A stretch of DNA of 64,000 nucleotides from Clostridia bacterium (GTDB lineage: Bacteria; Bacillota; Clostridia; Christensenellales; Aristaeellaceae): assembly GCA_017434085.1 (NCBI GenBank), contig JAFRFY010000111.1, forward strand, positions 3,878-67,877. The letters are read 5' to 3'. Positions within the stretch are counted from its first letter, which is position 1. Every line of letters starts with the position of its first letter. Below the pieces are notes generated by a model. That model did no database searches, was not told where the DNA came from, and saw only the letters and a list, made by a program, of their open reading frames with translations. Position numbers and translations under genes: made by a program. Positions 35,321 to 44,073 of this stretch are shown in pieces.

Positions 35321-36379
35321 TCACCTCTTTACGCGGGCATTGCCCTTCCAGACATTCCAGACCTGGTCTTCGTCTACGGGCGTGGCGAAGTCCTCCACCA
35401 TCGTCGTGGCCATCGCCCCGGTCGCCCATCCGAAGTGCAGGCAATCCTCCGCCTTCCAGCCGCGGAGTATGCCGTACACCAGGCCGCTGACGAAGCCGTC
35501 TCCGCCGCCGATGCGATCCAGTACGAATATCGGCCTGGGCTCGACCACGTTCCACTCGTCTCCCATCAGCAGTATCGCGCCCCAGTTGTGCTGGTTGGCG
35601 TTCACGACCTCGCGCAGCGTGGTGGCGAAGGTGGTGGCGTTGGGGTAGCCGGCCTTCACGCGGGTGATCATCTCCTTAAAGGATTCGATCTTCCCCGCCA
35701 GGCCCTTGCCGCCGGCTTCGGGACCCTCTATGCCCAGCGCAAGCTGGAAATCCTCCTCGTTGCCGATGAGTATATCCGCCCTCGACGCGATGGACGAGAA
35801 GATCTCCCTCAGCTCCGCCTCGCGGCCCTTCCAGAACGACGCCCGATAATTCATATCGAAGCTGATGCGCGCGCCGTTGGCCTTTGCGTACTCCGCCAGC
35901 TTCAGGCAGGTCGCGCCGGTCTGGGGCGACATGGCGGCAAACAGGCCGGACATGTGTACGATCTCCACGCCCTCGTCCTCGAAGATGCGCTTTAAATCAA
36001 AGTCGTCGGCGCTGATGCCGCGGCCGACCTCGCCCGCGCGGTCGTTGTACACCCTCGGGCCGCGCATGCCGTAGCCGGTGTCGGCGATGTTGAACTGGTG
36101 CCGGCATCCCCAGGGACCCTCCTGCACGATCTCCGGGCCTTCAAACTCGATGTTGCGCCTGCGCAGGTCCCCCTTGATGAACGCCGCGATCGGGCTGTCC
36201 TTGACGAACCGGGTCAGCACCTTCGTGCGCATGCCCAGCGACGCCGCCACGTTCAGCACGTTGCTCTCCGCGCTGGTGGAGGTCATGGTATACAGATTGC
36301 CGATGCCCGCGGGCTGGTGGTTCGCGGGGGTGATCCGAACGCCCATCGAGGTGGCCGTGAGCAGTTGATATTTGGCCAT
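35321..36379 (-). CDS. PfkB-family sugar/sugar-acid kinase (KdgK-like)
   Basis: ATG 36379 (MAKYQLL) lies 8 nt after AAGGAG; the track start GTG 36388 lies inside the RBS. Motif DRIGGGDGFVSG (anion hole), and a ribokinase-like fold string. Confidence 0.85.
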   Translation of the reverse strand: MAKYQLLTATSMGVRITPANHQPAGIGNLYTMTSTSAESNVLNVAASLGMRTKVLTRFVKDSPIAAFIKGDLRRRNIEFEGPEIVQEGPWGCRHQFNIADTGYGMRGPRVYNDRAGEVGRGISADDFDLKRIFEDEGVEIVHMSGLFAAMSPQTGATCLKLAEYAKANGARISFDMNYRASFWKGREAELREIFSSIASRADILIGNEEDFQLALGIEGPEAGGKGLAGKIESFKEMITRVKAGYPNATTFATTLREVVNANQHNWGAILLMGDEWNVVEPRPIFVLDRIGGGDGFVSGLVYGILRGWKAEDCLHFGWATGAMATTMVEDFATPVDEDQVWNVWKGNARVKR

Positions 36380-36401
36380 AGCCGTCACTCCTTTTGCATG
36401 G

Positions 36402-37151
36402 TCACAGGCACGCCTGCCAGCCGCCGTCCACGTAGATGGTCTGGCCGCTGATGTAGTCCGACGCGGGCGAAGCCAGCATCACGGCGATGCCCGCCATATC
36501 CTCGGGCTTGCCCCAGCGGCGCAGCGGCACCTCGCTCTTGACCCAGGCGTCGAAGGTCGGGTCCTCGGCCAGCGGCTTCGTCAGCTCCGTCAGGCAGTAG
36601 CCGGGGCCGATGGCGTTGACATTGATGTTGTATTCGCCCCACTCGGTCGCCATGGACTTCGTCAGCGTGATGACGCCGCCCTTGGCCGCGCAGTAATTGC
36701 CGATGTTCGGCCGCACCATCGCGCCGTTGATGGACGATATGTTGATGATCTTGCCGTACCTGCGCGCGATCATGCCCCGGGCCACGGCGCGGCCCACGAT
36801 GAACGCGCCGGACAGGTTCACATCGATGACCTTGCGCCAATCCTCGACGGGCATGTCGATCAGCATATTCCGGCGGTGGATGCCGGCGTTGTTCACCAGT
36901 ATGTCGATGCCGCCGACCTCGCGCTCGATCCTTTCGACCGCCGAGATGACCTGCGCCTCGTTGGAGATGTCGAACACATAGCCGGGCGCTCCCATCTCCG
37001 CCATGGCGGCTTCCAATACCTTGGGATTGACGTCGTTCAAAACCACCGTCGCCCCGGCTTCCTTCATCCCCCTGGCGATGGTGTTGCCCAACCCCTGGGC
37101 GCTGCCCGTCACCAGCGCGACGCGGCCCTTCAGGGAAAACATGTCGGTCAT
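36402..37151 (-). CDS. SDR oxidoreductase (gluconate 5-dehydrogenase / KduD-like)
   Basis: ATG 37151 (MTDMFSLKGRVALVTGSAQGLG) follows GGAGG. Motifs NNAG and YCAAK. Confidence 0.85.
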   Translation of the reverse strand: MTDMFSLKGRVALVTGSAQGLGNTIARGMKEAGATVVLNDVNPKVLEAAMAEMGAPGYVFDISNEAQVISAVERIEREVGGIDILVNNAGIHRRNMLIDMPVEDWRKVIDVNLSGAFIVGRAVARGMIARRYGKIINISSINGAMVRPNIGNYCAAKGGVITLTKSMATEWGEYNINVNAIGPGYCLTELTKPLAEDPTFDAWVKSEVPLRRWGKPEDMAGIAVMLASPASDYISGQTIYVDGGWQACL

Positions 37152-37207
37152 ATTCGTCGCCTCCATATGAAAATAGGGCCAGGCGCGCCTGGCCCCGTCA
37201 TTACGCA

Positions 37208-38095
37208 TTAATGGTGGAGCACCTCTCCGGTCAGCTTCTGGTAGTATTTGAGCAGCGCGCTGTGGTCGCAGGAGCCGTCGCCGTCGTGGTGCAGCACCTT
37301 CATCATCTCCAGCACCGTCTGCGTCAGCGGGATGGGGGCGTCTACGGTCTTGGCGGCGTCCACCACGTTGTTCAGGTCCTTGATGTGCAGATCGATGCGG
37401 AAGCCGGGCTGGAAGTTCTGGTCCATCATCATGGGCGCCTTGGCGTTCATCACGGTCGAGCCCGCCAGGCCGCCCTTGATGGCCTCGAAGATCTTCTGGG
37501 GCTCCACGCCGCACATCTGGCCCATCTGCATGGCCTCGGCCAGCGCGGCGATGTTCACGGCCACGATGGTCTGGTTGCACAGCTTGGTCACGTTGCCCGC
37601 GCCGATACCGCCGCACAGCACCACGGAGGAGCCCATCTTCTCCAGGATCGGCTTGCACTTGTCGAAGATTTCCTGCTTGCCGCCGACCATGAAGGCCAGG
37701 GTGCCGTCGATGGCCTTGGGCTGGCCGCCGGAGACGGGCGCGTCCAGCATGTCGATGCCCAGCTTTTCAAGCTCCGCGCAGATCTCGCGGGAGGCGATGG
37801 GGTTGATGGAGGAGCAGTCCAGCACGATCTTGCCCTTCGCCATGGTCTTGGCCGCGCCGTCTTCGCCGAACAGGGCTTCCTTCACGTTGGGGGAATTGGG
37901 CACCATCGTGATCACGATGTCGCACTTCTCGCCCACTTCCATGTTCGTCGAGGCAGCCTGCGCGCCCGCCGCGACGACCTCGTCAACCGCCTTGGGGGCG
38001 AACTTGTCCGCCACCAGAACGTCGTAGCCGGCCTTTACCAGGTTCTTGGCCATCGGCTTGCCCATGATGCCCAGGCCGATAAATCCGATCCTCAT
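37208..38095 (-). CDS. NAD(P)-dependent beta-hydroxyacid dehydrogenase (tartronate-semialdehyde / 3-hydroxyisobutyrate dehydrogenase family)
   Basis: 295 aa. Motifs GFIGLGIMGKPMAKNL, DAPVSGG and LHIKDL. Confidence 0.85.
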   Translation of the reverse strand: MRIGFIGLGIMGKPMAKNLVKAGYDVLVADKFAPKAVDEVVAAGAQAASTNMEVGEKCDIVITMVPNSPNVKEALFGEDGAAKTMAKGKIVLDCSSINPIASREICAELEKLGIDMLDAPVSGGQPKAIDGTLAFMVGGKQEIFDKCKPILEKMGSSVVLCGGIGAGNVTKLCNQTIVAVNIAALAEAMQMGQMCGVEPQKIFEAIKGGLAGSTVMNAKAPMMMDQNFQPGFRIDLHIKDLNNVVDAAKTVDAPIPLTQTVLEMMKVLHHDGDGSCDHSALLKYYQKLTGEVLHH

Positions 38096-38116
38096 AACAA
38101 TACACTCCTTATTTGA

Positions 38117-39058
38117 TTATTGAATGGCTTCCCTGACCTTCGCGGCGATGTCCGCGGGCGTCAGATGGTATTCCACCAGAAGCTCGTCGTATTTCTGGGC
38201 GGAGGTGCCGAAGCAGTCCTGTATGCCCATGATAAGGGTCCTGATCCGGCTGTCGGCGTCGCCCGCGCAGAGCGCCTCGCATACGGCGGAGCCCAGTCCG
38301 CCGATGACGCTGGCCTCCTCCACGGTGACGGCGGCCTTCATACCCTTCGCCTCGGCGCGCGCGCCCTCGGAGTCGAAGGGCTTGATGGTGGCGACGTTGA
38401 CCACCTTCACGGAGATGCCCTCGGCCTCCAGCAGCTTCGCGGCCTCCAGCGACTGATAGACCATGTAACCGGTGGCGAATATCACGACGTCCCTGCCGTC
38501 GCGCATCCTGCGCAGCTTGCCGAACTCAAACGGGGCGTCCTCCGCGGTCACCACGGGCACGTCGTTGCGGTTCACGCGGATGTAGCACGGGCCGTCGATC
38601 GCCGCCATGGCCTTGACGATCTTCTTCGTCTCGAAGTAATCGGCGGGGGAGAACACCTTCATGTTGGGCAGGACCCGCATGATGGCGATGTCGTCCACGG
38701 ACTGGTGGGTCTTGCCGTCGCCGAAGTCCGAAAGCCCCGCGGAGGAGCCGCAGATCTTCACGTTCAGCCGCGGGATGGCCACGGAGGAGCGGATCTGGTC
38801 ATACGGGCGGCCCGAGGCGAACACCGCGAAGGTGCTGGCGAAGGCGATGTGGCCCGTCAGCGCCAGGCCCGCGGCGGTGGAGATCATGTCGGCCTCGGCG
38901 ATGCCCATCTGGAAGTAGCGCTCCGGGAACGCGCCGCCGAACATGTTGGACATGGTGGACTTGCCGAGATCGGCCTCCAGGGCGACGATCTTGCTGTTTT
39001 CACGGCCAAGCTCCAGCAGGGTTTCGCCATAAGCCTTGCGCATATTCATATTGCTCAT
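38117..39058 (-). CDS. Transketolase, C-terminal (pyrimidine-binding) subunit
   Basis: 313 aa. Motif FQMGIAEADMISTAAGLA. Split-TK architecture with the upstream gene. Confidence 0.9.
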   Translation of the reverse strand: MSNMNMRKAYGETLLELGRENSKIVALEADLGKSTMSNMFGGAFPERYFQMGIAEADMISTAAGLALTGHIAFASTFAVFASGRPYDQIRSSVAIPRLNVKICGSSAGLSDFGDGKTHQSVDDIAIMRVLPNMKVFSPADYFETKKIVKAMAAIDGPCYIRVNRNDVPVVTAEDAPFEFGKLRRMRDGRDVVIFATGYMVYQSLEAAKLLEAEGISVKVVNVATIKPFDSEGARAEAKGMKAAVTVEEASVIGGLGSAVCEALCAGDADSRIRTLIMGIQDCFGTSAQKYDELLVEYHLTPADIAAKVREAIQ

Positions 39059-39061
39059 GGT

Positions 39062-39901
39062 TTAAGCCTCCTCCTTCATCTTTTCGACACAGGCCTGGGC
39101 CTGGGCATACTCCTCGGCGTTCATCGCCGCGTTGTGATAGGCGGCCTTGCCTTCGGCAAAGGTGAAGCCCTTGCCCTTGACGGTATTTGCGATGATGGCG
39201 GTGGGCTTGCCCTTGCACGCCTTCGCCGCGTCCAGCGCTTCGAGGATCTGCGCCATGTCGTGGCCGTCGATCTCGATGGCGTTCCAGCCGAACGCCGTCC
39301 ACTTTTCCACCTGGCGCGGGTTCGGCAGCACCTTCTCCACCGTGTCGGTGGCCTGCACGCCGTTTTGGTCGATGATGGCGACGAGGTTGTCCGCGTTAAA
39401 GGCGGCCGCGGCCATGGCGGCCTCCCAGATCTGGCCCTCGGCCAGCTCGCCGTCACCCAGTATGGCAAATACGCGGGAGGCGCTGCCGTCCAGCCGCAGG
39501 CCCAGCGCCATGCCCAGCGCCACGCTCAGGCCCTGGCCCAGCGAGCCGGTGACCGCCTCGATGCCGGGGGTGTGGTCCATGTCGGGGTGGCCCTGCAGCG
39601 TGCCGTCCAGCGTCTTGACCTTGTGCAGGTCCTCATGGCTGACGTAGCCCAGCTCCACGAACGCCGCGTACTGCGCCAGCACCGCGTGGCCCTTCGAGAA
39701 CACGCAGCGGTCGCGCAGGGGGTTCTTCGGGTCGTCGAAGACCTTCATGTGCTTGAAGTACAGCGCGGCGGTGATGTCCATGATGGAGCTGCTGCCGCCC
39801 AGGTGCCCCACTTTTCCCGGCGGGATCATCTCGATCAGATTGCCGCGCAGCGTAGCGGCGATCCTTTTGAGGTCGCGGATATCCTTCTCAGTATAGCTCA
39901 T
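39062..39901 (-). CDS. Transketolase, N-terminal (ThDP-binding) subunit
   Basis: 279 aa. Motifs GHLGGSSS, GSLGQGLS and ILGDGELAEGQIWEA. Confidence 0.9.
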   Translation of the reverse strand: MSYTEKDIRDLKRIAATLRGNLIEMIPPGKVGHLGGSSSIMDITAALYFKHMKVFDDPKNPLRDRCVFSKGHAVLAQYAAFVELGYVSHEDLHKVKTLDGTLQGHPDMDHTPGIEAVTGSLGQGLSVALGMALGLRLDGSASRVFAILGDGELAEGQIWEAAMAAAAFNADNLVAIIDQNGVQATDTVEKVLPNPRQVEKWTAFGWNAIEIDGHDMAQILEALDAAKACKGKPTAIIANTVKGKGFTFAEGKAAYHNAAMNAEEYAQAQACVEKMKEEA

Positions 39902-39917
39902 GGGATCTCACTCCTTA

Positions 39918-40670
39918 TCAATAGCAGGTCACGCCGCCGTCGATGGGCAGCGCCACGCCGTTGAGGAAGCTGGCTTCCTCGCTGGCCAGGTACAGCACCG
40001 CGTTGGCGACATCCGCGGCGGTGGCCAGGCGTCCCAGCGGCACCTCGCCCACGCGCTCCGCGTGGAACTGGGGATCCTTCAGCCGCTCGCGCACCAGCGG
40101 GGTGTCCACCGTGCTGGGGTGGATGGAGTTGCTGCGGATGCCGTCCTTGGCGTACCGGGAGGCGATGGCCTTGGTCAGCATCGTCACCGCGCCCTTGGTG
40201 GCCGTGTAGGCTTCGGGGGTAAACTTGTGGCCCACCAGGCCGCACACCGAGGACGTGTTGATGATCGCGCCGCCGCCCTGCCGGCGCATCACGGGGATGG
40301 CGTACTTGCAGCCCAGGAACACCGAGCCGGTGTTGACCTTCATCATCGTCATCCACTCGTCGATGTTCATCTCCTCCACGGGCTTGCGGATGTTGATGCC
40401 GGCGTTGTTCACCAGCACGTCCAGCCTGCCGCCCTTTTCAACGGCGAAGTCCACCGCGGCCTTCCAGTCGGCCTCGCTGGTGACGTCCGCCTTGAAAAAC
40501 CAGGCCTGTCCGCCCTTGGCGCGGATGTCGTTCATCGTCGCTTCGCCCAGCTCCGCGTTCAGATCCAGTATGACCACCTTCGCGCCGTTTGCGCACAGCA
40601 GCCTGGCCATCTCGCTGCCCAGGCCGCCGCCCGCGCCGGTGATCATGACGACTTTATCCTTGACATTCAT
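39918..40670 (-). CDS. SDR family oxidoreductase
   Basis: 250 aa. Motifs ITGAGGGLG, NNAG and YTATK. Confidence 0.85.
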   Translation of the reverse strand: MNVKDKVVMITGAGGGLGSEMARLLCANGAKVVILDLNAELGEATMNDIRAKGGQAWFFKADVTSEADWKAAVDFAVEKGGRLDVLVNNAGINIRKPVEEMNIDEWMTMMKVNTGSVFLGCKYAIPVMRRQGGGAIINTSSVCGLVGHKFTPEAYTATKGAVTMLTKAIASRYAKDGIRSNSIHPSTVDTPLVRERLKDPQFHAERVGEVPLGRLATAADVANAVLYLASEEASFLNGVALPIDGGVTCY

Positions 40671-40694
40671 CGGTAAAACCCTCTTTGCATCGTT

Positions 40695-42206
40695 CTATTG
40701 TTTTGTCGAACCGAGGTCCGCCTTGACGCCCTTGACGGTCTTGATCGTGCCGGAAATCAGCGAATACAGCACCACGGCCAGCAGTATGTCGCCTACCACG
40801 CGGGTCAGCACATTGCCGCCCATCGTCAGCGATTGCCGGAAGTTGGTGTCCGCCGTCCGGCCCAGTATCAGGCCCAGCGTCAGCGGCGCAAGCGGGAAGT
40901 TCATCTTCCTCAGGAAGAAGCCGAGCAGGCCGAACACCAGCATCAGCTTCACGTCAAACAGGTTGGAGCGGGAGGCATAGGCGCCGACCACCGTCAGCGA
41001 TACGATGATGGGCATCAGCACCTTGCGGTTGATCTGCAGTATCCGGACCATGGGCTTGGTCAGCACCAGCGCCAGGCCCACCATCACGATGGCGGCGACG
41101 GCCAGCGTCAGGCCGACGGTGTACATGAACGCCGGGGCCTTCACGGTCAGCATCGGGCCGGGCTGCACGCCGTGCAGGTTCAGCGCGGCCAGGAACATGG
41201 CGGCCTGTGTGGAGCCGGGGATCGCCAGGGTCAGCATCGGGATCATGGCGCCCGGGATGCAGGCGTTGTTGGCCGTCTCGGAGCAGGCCAGGCCGGCGAA
41301 GCTGCCCTTGCCGAAGTTGGCCTTGTCCTTGTCGCGGGATTTGCCGGTGGAATAGGACAGCCACGCGGCGATATCCTCGCCGGCGCCGGGGATGGCGCCG
41401 ATGCCGCAGCCGATCAGCGACGACCGGATCAGCGGGCGCAGCAGCATCCTCAGCTCTTCCTTATTGGGTAGTATCGAGCCCATGTCCGAGTTGACCTGGA
41501 ACGGCGTCCTGTCCTGCAGTACCGAGAGCACCTCAGCGATGCCGAAGATGCCGATCAGCGCCGGGATCAGCTCGACGCCGCTGCGCAGCGGGGCGATCCA
41601 GGTAAAGCGGGCGGCGTTGTAGATCGACTCCACGCCGATCATCGCCACAAAGAAGCCCATGAAGCCGGCAAGCCAGCCCTTCAGGGGCGAGCAGTCCACG
41701 GACAGGTTGCCGCAGATGGTGATGCCGAACACGGCCAGCAGGAACATCTCCCACTTGCCGAATTTCAGCGCGATCTTCGAGAGGAACGGCGTGGCCACCA
41801 TCATGATGACGACGGACAGCAGCGTGCCCAGGCAGGAGGCGAACACGCCGCCGAACAGCGCCTTGCCGCCCTTGCCCGATTTCGCCAGCGGATAGCCGTC
41901 CAGCGCCGTGGCCGCCGCGTTCGGCGTGCCGGGGATGTTCAGCATGATGGCGGAGAACAGGCCGCCGGAAACCGCGCCGACGTACACGCCCAGCATGAAG
42001 GCCACGGCCTGGTCCGAGGGCAGCTTGTACGTCAGGTTGATCAATAGCGCCAGCGCCATCGTGCCGGTGAGGCCGGGAATCGCGCCGACCACCAGGCCCA
42101 GCAGCACCGCGCCGGCGACGATCAGCAGGTTGATGCCGTTGAACACGCCGCCCGCGGCCTGGCCGACCAGGCTCAGTTGCTTTAACAATTCACTCATGTC
42201 CCACAC
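40695..42206 (-). CDS. tctA: Tripartite tricarboxylate transporter large permease
   Basis: 503 aa, polytopic. The string GAIPGLTGTMALALL...GIGAIPGAGEDIAAWLSY is typical of TctA. The alternative start ATG 42197 has better RBS spacing. Confidence 0.85.
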   Translation of the reverse strand: MWDMSELLKQLSLVGQAAGGVFNGINLLIVAGAVLLGLVVGAIPGLTGTMALALLINLTYKLPSDQAVAFMLGVYVGAVSGGLFSAIMLNIPGTPNAAATALDGYPLAKSGKGGKALFGGVFASCLGTLLSVVIMMVATPFLSKIALKFGKWEMFLLAVFGITICGNLSVDCSPLKGWLAGFMGFFVAMIGVESIYNAARFTWIAPLRSGVELIPALIGIFGIAEVLSVLQDRTPFQVNSDMGSILPNKEELRMLLRPLIRSSLIGCGIGAIPGAGEDIAAWLSYSTGKSRDKDKANFGKGSFAGLACSETANNACIPGAMIPMLTLAIPGSTQAAMFLAALNLHGVQPGPMLTVKAPAFMYTVGLTLAVAAIVMVGLALVLTKPMVRILQINRKVLMPIIVSLTVVGAYASRSNLFDVKLMLVFGLLGFFLRKMNFPLAPLTLGLILGRTADTNFRQSLTMGGNVLTRVVGDILLAVVLYSLISGTIKTVKGVKADLGSTKQ

Positions 42207-42212
42207 ACCTCC

Positions 42213-42608
42213 TTAAGGCATGCTGATGCCGAAGCCCAGCTTGAACGCATAGAACACGATCACGGACATCGCCACCGCGATGATTATGCCCAGCCACCAC
42301 TGTTTCGTCGCCTTCAGGTACAGGAAGTTGGCGATCAGGTAGATCGACGTGGCGATGATAAAGTGAATGCGGCCCAGCAGCACGTAGATGTAAACGACCA
42401 TCATGGCCACCAGTATGACCACGCGGACCGTGGAATCGCTGGTAATAAACTGCTTCAGGAACGTCCCGTTGCAGACCTCCTTAAGCTCCCTCGCGCCGCC
42501 CAGCTTGAAGCCGATAAAGGCCAGCACCGCGCCCAGCAGTATCAGCACCGAGCCGATGAGCGTGGGGAAGAAGCCGGGGGCGTCGATGAAGGTGTTGTAG
42601 ACCTTCAT
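42213..42608 (-). CDS. tctB: TctB-family small permease, apparently 5'-truncated
   Basis: 131 aa from ATG 42608, with no RBS. The same frame upstream reads PKDFFCGILLVLFGIYVIIDSLN, which looks like the missing first TM helix, but has no ATG/GTG/TTG between it and the stop at 42754-56. Confidence 0.55.
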   Translation of the reverse strand: MKVYNTFIDAPGFFPTLIGSVLILLGAVLAFIGFKLGGARELKEVCNGTFLKQFITSDSTVRVVILVAMMVVYIYVLLGRIHFIIATSIYLIANFLYLKATKQWWLGIIIAVAMSVIVFYAFKLGFGISMP

Positions 42609-42779
42609 GTTCAGGGAATCGATGATGACATAAATCCCGAAAAGAACCAGCAGTATACCGCAAAAGAAATCCTTTGGAGGGAGGTGGCTCGGCGAAACCG
42701 AGACGGAGGGAGTGGGAGGCGCCTGGCGAAGCGTCAGGGGCGGAGAGGTTCCTTATAGCAATCTGCAATAATACTGCTC

Positions 42780-42840
42780 GGGCGATGAGGGCATCGCCCC
42801 TACAAGATCACCACCCGTAGGGGCGATGCCCTCATCGCCC
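42780..42840. repeat. Perfect 24-bp inverted repeat, REP-like (same family as 7652-7752)
   Basis: GGGCGATGAGGGCATCGCCCCTAC (42780-42803) pairs with GTAGGGGCGATGCCCTCATCGCCC (42817-42840), with a 13-nt loop. Confidence 0.85.
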
Positions 42841-42847
42841 AAAGCTA

Positions 42848-43972
42848 TTATTTTTGAAGATTGCTATCATTCCAGGCAAGGTCCTCCAAAGCGTTGGCGA
42901 TCTGCTCGGCGGTCGGGGGGCAGCCCATGACGCAGTGGGTCGCGCCCTTACAGCAGCGGCCGACGCCAAAGCCGTCGAAGGTCCTGCCCTGGAAGCCCTG
43001 GCCGATACAGATATCCAGATCATTGCCGTAGCCTGAGGCGTACAGCGCCCGCACGAGGTTGGCGAAGCACGCGGAGCAGGCGCGGTCCTGTTTGACGCGC
43101 CGCGTGAGCTTTGCCACGGTGCCGGAGGGCCTGGGATAGGTGCTGACATCGCTGGGCGCGTTCAGGTTGACGATGTCGCCCTCATCCAGCGCCGCGCTGC
43201 CGCCGCCGTAGCGTTCGGCCAGCTCGATGTACGGTACCTGGGACAGCGACAGTCCCATGAGGCGCGCGCCGTAGGCGTCGATCTGCACGGCGTCTGTGCC
43301 GAGGTACATGCGGTCGGTCTCGACGGGGGTGCCGCCCTCCTCAAAATTCAAGTCGCCGCAGATGCTGTCCACGACGATCAGCCGGGGCTTGAGCGCCGCG
43401 CCCAGCGCCGCGATGGGCTTCGTCAGCCCCATGGCGTGGAAGTGCCGCTTCTCCCGGTCGGGCAGGCAGCCCTTCAAATTCTTGAGCGCGCAGGTCATGA
43501 CCGTCTGGCAGTGCCCCTTCAGCACCGGCAGGTCCACCAGAAGGCCCGCGTCCAGCGCCCGGCAGCAGACGTCGATCTTCCCGACGGCGGTCTCCACGGG
43601 GCGCGTCTTATCCTTTTTCAGATCGTAAAACGGCACATCGTACCTTTTGCATACCTTATCATAACCGGCGCGGCGCATGGCGCGCAGGGTCTCATCGCCG
43701 ACCCAGCTCCCCTCGATGACGCTGATGTCCTTAACACCCTGCTCCCGAAAGTATTCGATGCACCCCGACAGCACGCCCGGGTGGGTGACCGCGCCGCTCT
43801 CCGGCGTGCCGGCCACCACCAGGTTCGGTTTGAGCGCCACGCTGCCGCCGGCGGGGACCTGGGCGATGGCACCGGACGCCTCCAGCAGCCGGAGGGTCAT
43901 GTCGCAGGCGTCGCTGCCGTAAATCTGGTAAATCCTTTTGCCCGTCATATGCGTCCTGTTCATATCGGTCAA
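42848..43972 (-). CDS. DUF362 domain protein with Cys-rich C-terminal extension
   Basis: 374 aa. Motifs VALKPNLV, LKGHCQT, and VVDSICGDLNFEEGG...VQIDAYGARLMG. C-terminal Cys clusters: CSACFANL and GRCCKGATHCVMGCP. Confidence 0.75.
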   Translation of the reverse strand: MTDMNRTHMTGKRIYQIYGSDACDMTLRLLEASGAIAQVPAGGSVALKPNLVVAGTPESGAVTHPGVLSGCIEYFREQGVKDISVIEGSWVGDETLRAMRRAGYDKVCKRYDVPFYDLKKDKTRPVETAVGKIDVCCRALDAGLLVDLPVLKGHCQTVMTCALKNLKGCLPDREKRHFHAMGLTKPIAALGAALKPRLIVVDSICGDLNFEEGGTPVETDRMYLGTDAVQIDAYGARLMGLSLSQVPYIELAERYGGGSAALDEGDIVNLNAPSDVSTYPRPSGTVAKLTRRVKQDRACSACFANLVRALYASGYGNDLDICIGQGFQGRTFDGFGVGRCCKGATHCVMGCPPTAEQIANALEDLAWNDSNLQK

Positions 43973-44073
43973 CAGAGCCTCCCGGTATTGAATGATCGCC
44001 TTTGCCTACTAAAACACATTCCCGCGGGGGCGTCGACCGCACCCCGCGGAAACGGATCCATACATCGATTTTT

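Noticed and set aside
42755-42867. Outer 10-bp inverted repeat ATAGCAATCT / AGATTGCTAT around the 42780-42840 palindrome, as possible element ends
   Set aside because: The right arm lies inside the DUF362 coding sequence (NDSNLQK), and 10 bp can match by chance. There is not enough support to extend the element boundaries.
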